Shown here in pieces: positions 9,758 to 16,617 of a DNA stretch of 16,783 nt (the stretch's first letter is position 1; each line of letters begins with the position of its first letter). The position numbers and the translations under genes were made by a program. This DNA comes from Bdellovibrionota bacterium (GTDB taxonomy: Bacteria > Bdellovibrionota_C > UBA2361 > JBGSMV01): assembly GCA_044356455.1 (NCBI GenBank), contig JBIKWF010000102.1, positions 1 to 16,783 on the forward strand, read 5' to 3'. The notes under the pieces were generated by a model. That model saw nothing but the letters and a program-made list of their open reading frames with translations. It had not been told where the DNA came from and ran no database searches.

Positions 9758-10136
9758 GGCGCCGGGTTCCGCCTCTGTCAATCTCGTCCCCAGCTTCCTC
9801 GCGTGCGAGGGGTAGGGGGCGGCGCAAGATCTTCCGACCTGGCGCGCTCGTGGCGCTCAAGAATCAACCAACGAAAGTTGCAAGATCGTTCGGCGCCCTG
9901 GGGACAGGACGCCCTACCCATAGGCGAGACATCTTGGTAGGGCGCCGCGTCCCCGCGGTGCCGCATGATCTTTCAGCCTGCCCCGTGGTGGCGAATCGGA
10001 ACCAGTTGGAATGGGCCGAGAGATAATTCGGCACACCGAGGTGCTTCTCGCCGTCGCCTACCGGCAAATGCGGAACGGCGCGCCCTACCCATAGGCGAGG
10101 CATCTTGGGGTAGGGCGCCGCGTCCCCGCGGTGCCG
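9754..10136. repeat. Second REP cluster, same family as 3117-3918, with the unit in opposite orientation
   Basis: Truncated copy from 9754 (GTAGGGCGCCGGGTTCCGCCTCTG), reverse copy 9891-9917, forward 9937-9963, expanded reverse copy 10029-10088, forward 10110-10136. It shares the 65-nt spacer and the 19-nt linker (9918-9936) of the first array. Confidence 0.9.
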
Positions 10137-10292
10137 AACGATCTCCCAACCTCCAAAAGTAACATGCGATTCCGCCCAGTCGTTAGATTAGCCCGGATAC
10201 TGAGTGCGAGCGGGGAAGGGTAGGGAGTGCCCACAAAACTTATAGAAAAGCAGGGCCTTACCCATACCTAAGGCCAGAACAAGGGCGCAGTG

Positions 10293-10361
10293 AGGTGCAG
10301 TTATATGTGATATAAGCACTAAATATTGCACCTATTTCTTTATAAGAGTAATCTATCTGAT
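10293..10361 (+). promoter_or_regulatory. Sigma70-like promoter of the MNT-HEPN operon with inverted repeats
   Basis: TTGCAC (10326-10331), 17 nt, TAATCT (10349-10354), 7 nt, ATG 10362. Inverted repeats AGGTGCA (10293-10299)/TGCACCT (10327-10333) and TTATAT (10301-10306)/ATATAA (10310-10315). Confidence 0.55.
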
Positions 10362-10967
10362 ATGTACCTCGGCTACCGCCTAGACCCCGAAAAATTCCGC
10401 CTCGCCCTTGCGGCGCGTGGATACTCCACGACCGCGGCGCTACTTAAAGCTGCGGGCTTACACCGCAACTCGCTTAACGAATATCTTGCGGGCCGAAAGA
10501 GCGTCTTTTCCTCCGTTACCGAAAAAATTAGCGCGGCCCTCGACTGCGACCCGCTATCCCTGCTCTCGGGACATGAGCAGCTGGTAAGTGTCGATTCAAC
10601 CGGAGCTGCGCTTCAGCGCATACTCGAACGAGTGAGCGCAGAGCATCCTCATGTTGCTTTCTTTCTTATCGGCTCACGCGCAAAGGGAAGTCATCAGAAG
10701 TTTTCGGATTGGGATGTGGCGATTTCCGGCGGACGCTCCGCGCTCTCAACAGACGAATATCTTGCGATTAAATCTAAAATCGAAGATGGCGTCGAAGATC
10801 TCTCGGTAGGGGTCGATGTGGTAAACTTCGATGGCGCACCACCCTGGTTTATCGCAGGAATTACCTACGAGCCGCGCTTTCTCGCCGGAGATGAACGCGC
10901 ATTTTCATATGTTCTTGGAGTGATAGATGGAGCACGTAAGGCTACAAAAGATATCGAAAGCCGCTAA
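10362..10967 (+). CDS. HTH-fused minimal nucleotidyltransferase (MntA-like antitoxin)
   Basis: N-terminal HTH (LAARGYSTTAALLKAAGLHRNSLNEYLAG...EKISAALDCDP) and MNT motif IGSRAKGSHQKFSDWDVAI (GS-x10-DxD) plus VDVV. The start is placed at ATG 10362 because the track's TTG 10326 coincides with the -35 box. Confidence 0.85.
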   Translation: MYLGYRLDPEKFRLALAARGYSTTAALLKAAGLHRNSLNEYLAGRKSVFSSVTEKISAALDCDPLSLLSGHEQLVSVDSTGAALQRILERVSAEHPHVAFFLIGSRAKGSHQKFSDWDVAISGGRSALSTDEYLAIKSKIEDGVEDLSVGVDVVNFDGAPPWFIAGITYEPRFLAGDERAFSYVLGVIDGARKATKDIESR

Positions 10968-11298
10968 AAATCTCGAGTCTGCGCTCGAGCTTTACGCCAA
11001 TCGTCGTAAGACCGATGAGATTCCATTTCTTGCCGTTTGCAAGACCGTTGAGGTCTTAATGGAGTATCTGTGGAAGGAGTTTAAATCGCGCGTAGAAGCC
11101 GAGGGCCTCTTTGCCGCCTCTCCCAAAGAGGCTGTGCGTCAGGCGGCGGCAATCGGGCTCATAGATGAGCCAGATAAGTGGATAGCGATTGTGCTCGCCA
11201 GGAATGATTCCGTGCACGATTATTTTGGAATTCCGGAAACAGAATACGTTCGCCTAGCCCACGATCTCGTCCAGCGTAGTAAGCGCATCGAATGGTAG
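10927..11298 (+). CDS. HEPN-domain protein (HI0074 / nucleotidyltransferase substrate-binding family; HepT-like RNase toxin)
   Basis: EYLWK...SPKEAVRQAAAIGLI...W...ARNDSVHDY contains the R-x4-H-x-Y HEPN motif. It overlaps the MNT gene by 41 nt. Its stop TAG (11296-11298) belongs to a REP GTAG. Confidence 0.88.
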   Translation: MEHVRLQKISKAAKNLESALELYANRRKTDEIPFLAVCKTVEVLMEYLWKEFKSRVEAEGLFAASPKEAVRQAAAIGLIDEPDKWIAIVLARNDSVHDYFGIPETEYVRLAHDLVQRSKRIEW

Positions 11299-11400
11299 GG
11301 CGTCCTGTCCCCAGGGCGCCGCAAGATCTTTCAACCTGCCTCGTGGCGGCAATTGGGAGCCAATTGGGATGGGCCGGAAGATCTTTCGTCACGCCGGGGC
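11295..11400. repeat. REP copy with conserved 65-nt spacer and degenerate partner
   Basis: GTAG-GGCGTCCTG-TCCC-CAGGGCGCC-G at 11295-11321. The spacer is the reverse complement of the first-array spacer type. A partial partner CGTCACGCCGGGG starts at 11387. Confidence 0.85.
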
Positions 11401-11500
11401 GAGACAAGCCCAGAGGTGCCGCAATATCGACCAACCCAACCACTGCAGTAACGCAGCACGACCGCATCTGAAGTTGAAATAATCCTACGTCGCTGTCATC

Positions 11501-12058
11501 TCAATTTTCAGCGCGAAGCCTTTTTAATAGTTCCTCAACTCCGAGGAGAGCAGCTCTTTGGTTTAGGTAGTCTAGATCCAGTTTTTTCTCGCATCTCTTA
11601 AGCATTGCCTTAACATCATGCCGGCTCTTGTCGCTGCCTTTGGAAATCCAGATGAGCTTTGAAAGTAGTGCATCCTCGACGGAGACCATCGGTACAACAA
11701 CTCCCGCAAGGATCTCTTCGCTACGACTCCTTTCTAGCTCGCCGCCGATAGCCTCGCCCACATGAAAATCAACCTTGATCATCGTCACTTCGTGAAGTGC
11801 TTGAAAAATGCTCATACGCCGGACTGCGTCTTCAATGGCACTGCGATCCACAATAAATTTTCGTGAAAGGTCGTCAGCCAATTGATTAAGAGAATCACTA
11901 AGGCCGATCTTGATGACGATATCTATGTCTTGGGTAAATCTTGGCTCCCCATAGAACGAAGAGGCAAGTCCGCCGGTAAGATGAAACTTACACTGCCTCC
12001 CGAGTAGCACGGCCGAAACATCAGCCAGGGTTATTTTGAGATCGTTTGAGTCTATCAA
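11501..12058 (-). CDS. Pol-beta-superfamily nucleotidyltransferase (AbiEii/DUF6036-like), second module
   Basis: HLTGGLASSFYGEPRFTQDIDIV, KVDF, and SVEDALLSKLIW...SDKSRHDV. The TTG start overlaps the upstream TGA (TTGA coupling at 12055-12058). Confidence 0.78.
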   Translation of the reverse strand: MIDSNDLKITLADVSAVLLGRQCKFHLTGGLASSFYGEPRFTQDIDIVIKIGLSDSLNQLADDLSRKFIVDRSAIEDAVRRMSIFQALHEVTMIKVDFHVGEAIGGELERSRSEEILAGVVVPMVSVEDALLSKLIWISKGSDKSRHDVKAMLKRCEKKLDLDYLNQRAALLGVEELLKRLRAEN

Positions 12059-12285
12059 TCTACGCTAACCCTCTTCAAAAGCTCCTGCGTTCCTTTATCC
12101 AAGAGGTATAGCCGCTCGGCCACCTTTCTTCTTGTTTCGCGATCACTCAAATTAGAGAATTCCCTTGAGATCTGAAGTGTCAACATCTCGCACATGGAGC
12201 CAAACAACGAAAAGGTCCGCTCAATACGCTCTCGTCCGGTCATCCGATCAAGGGCTTCATTGTACTTTTGTTCTATTAGAGACAT
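12055..12285 (-). CDS. Small helical protein, upstream partner of the nucleotidyltransferase
   Basis: 76-aa MSLIEQKYNEALDRMTGRERIERTFSL...LSDRETRRKVAERLY, with GAGGGA upstream of ATG 12285. The track's extension to 12435 is translated REP sequence. Confidence 0.72.
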   Translation of the reverse strand: MSLIEQKYNEALDRMTGRERIERTFSLFGSMCEMLTLQISREFSNLSDRETRRKVAERLYLLDKGTQELLKRVSVD

Positions 12286-12335
12286 TTGAATTCCCTCAGA
12301 CGATCTAAAGCCTACCACAGTCGTTACGCGTGTAG

Positions 12336-12420
12336 GTAGGGCGTCCTGTCCCCAGGGCGCCGCAAGATCTTTCAATCTGCCTCGTGGCGGTAAATCGGAC
12401 CCAATTGGAATGCGCCCAAA
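12336..12420. repeat. Single REP copy plus most of the conserved spacer
   Basis: GTAG-GGCGTCCTG-TCCC-CAGGGCGCC-G at 12336-12362, followed by CAAGATCTTTCAATCTGCCTCGTGGCGG..., nearly the same as the sequence from 11322 onward. Confidence 0.85.
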
Positions 12421-12452
12421 GCTCTCGTAATCCAAAACCAGGTTGGCTCATA

Positions 12453-12470
12453 TCATATATCACTATATGA
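12453..12470. promoter_or_regulatory. Inverted repeat upstream of the RHH gene, candidate operator
   Basis: TCATATA (12453-12459), TCAC, TATATGA (12464-12470), ending 8 nt before ATG 12479. Confidence 0.5.
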
Positions 12471-12478
12471 AATCATTC

Positions 12479-12730
12479 ATGAGAACGATAATCGAACTAC
12501 CTAAAGAATTAGCCAAGAGCCTTGATCTCTATCGCAAGAGTAAGGGTATTTCGCGGACCGAAGCGATTCGCCGTGCCATACAGCAGTATTTGGAGCAACT
12601 TACAGAGCCTGCCTCCGACGAAGCCTTTGGACTGTGGAAAGCGAAGGTTGGCGACGGTTTGCGATACGAAAGATCTGTGCGCGGGGAGTGGGGGAGTAGC
12701 AAGGTTACGCCGCCATCTTCGACATGGTGA
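12479..12730 (+). CDS. CopG/ribbon-helix-helix antitoxin (VapB-like), with no downstream toxin
   Basis: MRTIIELPKELAKSLDLYRKSKGISRTEAIRRAIQQYL...EAFGLWKAKVGDGLRYERSVRGEW. Its 3' end runs into the convergent higA-like gene. Confidence 0.8.
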   Translation: MRTIIELPKELAKSLDLYRKSKGISRTEAIRRAIQQYLEQLTEPASDEAFGLWKAKVGDGLRYERSVRGEWGSSKVTPPSSTW

Positions 12731-12989
12731 TCTTATAGCGGTAACCAAGCCCTTGAATAATACGTAAAAAGATATCAAAGCTTGTGCGGTTAAGTTTTAT
12801 GCCCGCCTCGATCTGCGCGATTCGGGACCGAGAGACCCCGACGCGCTCCGCAAGCTGTGCCTGGCTAAGTCCGCTTTTGCTTCGAATCTTGATGATTATA
12901 TCGCGTAGCCTCAGTTTCTGATCTATCTCATTGATGTCGACATCGAGCGCATCTGCCAACTCAGGGAGCGTTACTTTCTTCCAAGCCAT
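12705..12989 (-). CDS. higA: XRE-family HTH antitoxin (HigA-like)
   Basis: IIKIRSKSGLSQAQLAERVGVSRSRIAQIEAG. It starts 3 nt after the RelE-like toxin stop (toxin-first order). Confidence 0.82.
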   Translation of the reverse strand: MAWKKVTLPELADALDVDINEIDQKLRLRDIIIKIRSKSGLSQAQLAERVGVSRSRIAQIEAGIKLNRTSFDIFLRIIQGLGYRYKITMSKMAA

Positions 12990-12992
12990 ATT

Positions 12993-13340
12993 CTATCCTC
13001 TAAATTTTAAGCAAATTTCGCCGATTCGTTTTAAAATCAGGCTCCGATCCTTCTCGCTTATAGTTGCCCCCTTCTTTCTGAGACCGTGGAGTAGAAAGAT
13101 GGAGCCCTTTATCTTCGTATAATAGAAAACTCGAACATGGCCCTGGGCGTCTCTGACTCGGATTTCATAGAGCCCATGCGCCATAGTCGCCATACTTCGG
13201 ACGTGAGGCATCGTGACTTGCTCGCCGCCTTCAATCCGGCGGAGTAGTGTTAAGATTTCAAAGCGAGTCTCAGCAGGAAGCTCCTGCAAGAATTCTCTCA
13301 CAGGCTCCCGCCCGCCTGTGGTGTAGTAGAAGATGTTCAC
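12993..13340 (-). CDS. higB: RelE/ParE-superfamily toxin (HigB / Gp49-DUF891-like)
   Basis: FYYTTGGREPVREFL...MPHVRSM...GLYEIRV...RVFY...LLHGLRKK. GTG start. Confidence 0.88.
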   Translation of the reverse strand: MNIFYYTTGGREPVREFLQELPAETRFEILTLLRRIEGGEQVTMPHVRSMATMAHGLYEIRVRDAQGHVRVFYYTKIKGSIFLLHGLRKKGATISEKDRSLILKRIGEICLKFRG

Positions 13341-13376
13341 AACTCTATGTTAGCTACAACTAACACATGCCGTCAA
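13341..13376 (-). promoter_or_regulatory. Sigma70-like promoter and operator of higBA
   Basis: On the minus strand: TTGACG (13376-13371), 18 nt, TAACAT (13352-13347), 6 nt, GTG 13340. Inverted repeat TGTTAG (13348-13353)/CTAACA (13360-13365) overlaps the -10 box. Confidence 0.65.
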
Positions 13377-13451
13377 TCGGAAGTTGTGTTGCGGATTTCG
13401 AGGGTGGCGCCCCCAGCAGATAAGCCCGAATATAAGCCGTTCAGTGCGCTG

Positions 13452-13560
13452 GTGGGGCGTCCTGTCCCCAGGGCGCCGCCATATCTAGCGATCATCCCTT
13501 CCGAATCCCCCAACCTGCCAGCCCCATTAAATTCGGCGTCCTGAGGACAGGACGCCTTAC
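13452..13560. repeat. Diverged inverted REP doublet
   Basis: GTGG-GGCGTCCTG-TCCC-CAGGGCGCC-G (13452-13478) and a reverse copy at 13534-13560 (minus strand GTAA-GGCGTCCTG-TCCT-CAGGACGCC-G), with a 55-nt spacer. Confidence 0.82.
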
Positions 13561-13679
13561 CTAACCAACTGATACTTAACAGATATTCCCCAAACAAATT
13601 AATCCTTCTCACGTCACATAAACCCCCAAACCCCGCATAACTCCCTTAGAACAATACTCATAACTGAGGCGGGAGTATT

Positions 13680-14870
13680 TTGAGACTTAAGGTTGGGCGG
13701 CACATGAAGGTTGGTTTGTTTATACTGGCAGCAGGCCTTGCGATGAGTCCTGCGCTTCTACTCGCAGAGGCTGAGAACCAAGCGCGCTTTTACGCGACGC
13801 AAGGTTCCGGATCTCCCATGAAAGGCTTCTTCAATAAGGGCAGCGCACGCACCGTGTTTAGCAACCCTGCCGGAGAAGAAGCGCGGGCGAGCATTCAATA
13901 TTTCCCAAGCAAAAAGCCAATTGAAGCAGAGGAAGAATTAGCGCCTGAGACTGCTCCAGAAGCTCAGCCCGCAAAACTCTCCCAGCCAGCTCAGGAAGCA
14001 AAAACAGAGCAAAAAGCCGCAAAAACAAAGGAAGAAAAGCGCGAAGAGCTTGTGAAAAATTACGGAGCTCCTGATGAAGAGGCTCCTGTGCAAGCTCAAG
14101 AAAATGCGCCAAAGCCTTTCCGGGCGATGATGGCGGCGCTGGAGACGGGGGATGATGAACTCGCCTACAAGTATGCTCGTCAGTACGTGCGCTACATGGG
14201 GCGCCTCCAGCAGAGAAGCACTCGTGTGGTAGGCCTCATGGGAACCGCCATGGAGCGTGAAGGCATGGTGGAGAAGGGCGCATGGCAAGCAGCCAAAGAA
14301 TTTGGAAGTGACCGGCAGTTCTTAGATGCCGAGCTTGCAGAAAATGCAGAGCGTGCCCCTGAGCAGCGTGAGCTCAACGAAGAAGCCTCAGCACTCCTTT
14401 CAAAGGCCCGTATGATGGAAGAGGGGGGCGAGGCACCTAAGGCTCCAAGTCAGCCCGCCCTCAACCCCGTCCAAGAACGCGCCCAAATACGCCAGCACCT
14501 TGCCCGCGAAGTTCCCGTTGATGCAGGCGTAAAGGTGCAGGTTTACTTCTTTTTTAAACCCCTTGATACGCAGTCCCAGAATATGGGCCGCGAGCTTCAG
14601 GGCATGTTTGCTAGTTCCCGCGGGCACTTAGACCTCATTGCGATGGCCCTAACCCCCATGTCCGACCAAGAAGAGAAAATCTTTAGAAGTCGTACGGGAG
14701 CCACGTACGCGATTAACCCAGACGGAAGCAATATTGCCCGAATGATGGAAGTACGTGGTGTGCCTTCAACTGTGCTCGTGTCCCCGCGCCTTAATAAGGC
14801 CTACGCGATTCAGGGAATGAGGAAGGCGCTGTTTGTGGATGAGGTGATTAAGATGATGGAGGGGCGATAA
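13680..14870 (+). CDS. Exported protein with C-terminal thioredoxin-like fold lacking CxxC, TraF-like
   Basis: Signal peptide (MKVGLFILAAGLAMSPALLLA; alternative ATG 13704). C-terminal VYFFFKPLDTQSQNM...LIAMAL...DGSNIARMMEVRGVPSTVLVSP...IQG matches the TraF/TrbB layout, with DTQS in place of CxxC. Confidence 0.55.
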   Translation: MRLKVGRHMKVGLFILAAGLAMSPALLLAEAENQARFYATQGSGSPMKGFFNKGSARTVFSNPAGEEARASIQYFPSKKPIEAEEELAPETAPEAQPAKLSQPAQEAKTEQKAAKTKEEKREELVKNYGAPDEEAPVQAQENAPKPFRAMMAALETGDDELAYKYARQYVRYMGRLQQRSTRVVGLMGTAMEREGMVEKGAWQAAKEFGSDRQFLDAELAENAERAPEQRELNEEASALLSKARMMEEGGEAPKAPSQPALNPVQERAQIRQHLAREVPVDAGVKVQVYFFFKPLDTQSQNMGRELQGMFASSRGHLDLIAMALTPMSDQEEKIFRSRTGATYAINPDGSNIARMMEVRGVPSTVLVSPRLNKAYAIQGMRKALFVDEVIKMMEGR

Positions 14871-14871
14871 C

Positions 14872-16602
14872 GTGCGGAAGATTACGCTCAATTTGTCCCT
14901 TCTGGCTGCGCTAGTAGTCAGTGCGAATCTCCTTTCAAACCATGGGAGCGAGGCACAGGCGCAAGCACTCCCTGGGAGCTCGGCTCCACCCGCCCCAGGT
15001 TTTGGCCAAATTGGTCAGGCAGATGGAGTTGCAGGCCAAAACAAAGCAAATGAGCCCACTACTTTGCCAAGCGATAGCGTGCTCTCCAGCAACTACGATG
15101 CTTCGGCTTCGGCCTTGATTACTAGGCCAACTGGAGAGAAAGAAGTCTCGTCAAACGGCTATAACTCACTCAATTCGGGAAGCACCAACAACACCCCCGT
15201 CGTGTATCAGGACCCAGAATCAGGGATTGCGAGCATCATGCAGGAGAATCAGTGGCGAAGAATGTCCACTAATCTTCTGAATAGTCCCCTCGCCTTAATG
15301 AACGTAACGTGGCAACTCACTGAGCCCGCTGTCGCGCAGGGTTTCGCAAACGCATTCCAACAGTCGGCATGGGTGAATCAACTAGCCTACGGAGGGCAGC
15401 AAGCCCTCATGGAGCAATACAAGCTTGGCGGAACCCAAGGATTTGCGCAGGCGGTTAGCATGCTCAATTGCATGAGAGTTGAAATTCTCAGACAGCAAAT
15501 GGCAAACGAGCCAGAGAACTGGCAGAAAGCGCGAATGCGTTGCCAAGGGGCCTATGACACGACGACACCCGCGGGTTCAGGAAGCGGTGTGGCCGCACAG
15601 GAAGCCAAAGTCGATGGTTCAGTGGCAGCATTGACAAGTGATCCTTCTCTTAATGTTGTCGATTGTAACCAGCTCGAAGAGCAGAGAAAGTCAGAAGAGA
15701 CTTTGCCCGCGGCGCAACGGAAAAAAGGCATCATGAGCTTTGTTGATGTGCGCTTACAGAATTTAAAGCCGGAAGAGCGCGCGAAGATTAAGGAAGAGGT
15801 TGGAGATATTATATATTCCTACACGCATGAGTTCTCTCAGGATGCCAGTAAGCCTGCTCGCGCGGTGCTTCTTGCCACATGTATTAAGCCTCCTACAACT
15901 CCCATTTGGGACCAAGCAAAGGCAATGGAACTTTCAATTTGGAAGCAGATTCTCGCGATGTTCAAAGCGCGTTGCATAGCGGCTGCGCAGGAGCGGGACA
16001 GGAGCAATGAATATGTTCCATTCGATCCTGCGAAGCGTAATAGCTTCTTGGAGAATTCGTCCCAGTTTATTGAGCCGCTCAGTTTTGACGAATTTAAATT
16101 TACGCCAAATCTTCTGGATATCACCTACAATCTTTTCATCTCTAAAGAGATTGAGGAGCTGAAGGAGTCAACCTGCAACGCCCGGCTAGATCCGGATGCT
16201 GAACGCAATGATCTTGAGAAGCTGAAAAAGGGACAGGTAAAGACTCGCTTGGAGCATCGCACGATTCACCAACTGGTGTTGTGGATAACTCAAGGCAAGA
16301 TATTTGAGCGGGCAGCGACTCGAGTGAAGGAGATAAATGCAACAAGCCAAGGCATGAATCGCCAGCTCGACGGAAGAGCCGCAATTGTCCCTGCAATGTA
16401 TTTCTTAGTAGCTCGCTCGGTGAATATGAATTCGTTGGAAGAGCTGTCGGATGCAATGCAGAAAAACTTGGCGCAGCTGAACGCTTTTAAGAGACAAATG
16501 GAAGACCAAGCGGCAATGGTCACCGGTAAAGGTGCGGATATTCTGCGCAGTCCGTTTGATGAATCAAATAAAGCGCCGAGCGCGGGCGGATACGGAAGTT
16601 AA
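14872..16602 (+). CDS. Large exported helical protein, possibly TraH / PFL_4711-like
   Basis: GTG start 1 nt after the previous stop, a signal peptide, scattered Cys residues and a C-terminal coiled coil. NLLNSPLALMNVTWQLTEPAVAQGFANAFQQ weakly resembles the TraH/PFL_4711 N-terminal segment. It directly follows the traF-like gene. Confidence 0.4.
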   Translation: MRKITLNLSLLAALVVSANLLSNHGSEAQAQALPGSSAPPAPGFGQIGQADGVAGQNKANEPTTLPSDSVLSSNYDASASALITRPTGEKEVSSNGYNSLNSGSTNNTPVVYQDPESGIASIMQENQWRRMSTNLLNSPLALMNVTWQLTEPAVAQGFANAFQQSAWVNQLAYGGQQALMEQYKLGGTQGFAQAVSMLNCMRVEILRQQMANEPENWQKARMRCQGAYDTTTPAGSGSGVAAQEAKVDGSVAALTSDPSLNVVDCNQLEEQRKSEETLPAAQRKKGIMSFVDVRLQNLKPEERAKIKEEVGDIIYSYTHEFSQDASKPARAVLLATCIKPPTTPIWDQAKAMELSIWKQILAMFKARCIAAAQERDRSNEYVPFDPAKRNSFLENSSQFIEPLSFDEFKFTPNLLDITYNLFISKEIEELKESTCNARLDPDAERNDLEKLKKGQVKTRLEHRTIHQLVLWITQGKIFERAATRVKEINATSQGMNRQLDGRAAIVPAMYFLVARSVNMNSLEELSDAMQKNLAQLNAFKRQMEDQAAMVTGKGADILRSPFDESNKAPSAGGYGS

Positions 16603-16617
16603 GAATTCAGGGGTTGT

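Noticed and set aside
9778..10162. Short ORFs in the second repeat cluster (likewise 11159-11467 and 13347-13612)
   Set aside because: They are the same REP-derived peptides and are not independent genes.
10219..10275. GGTAGGG...CCTTACCC and GGCCTTA/TAAGGCC as a further REP doublet or terminator
   Set aside because: It lacks the 9-bp stem/TCCC core and a U-tract. At most it is a decayed remnant.
9754..13560. Classical integron (attC) or IS/composite transposon
   Set aside because: There is no integrase or transposase, I found no RYYYAAC...GTTRRRY attC boundaries at the repeats, and no terminal inverted repeats with target duplication are evident.
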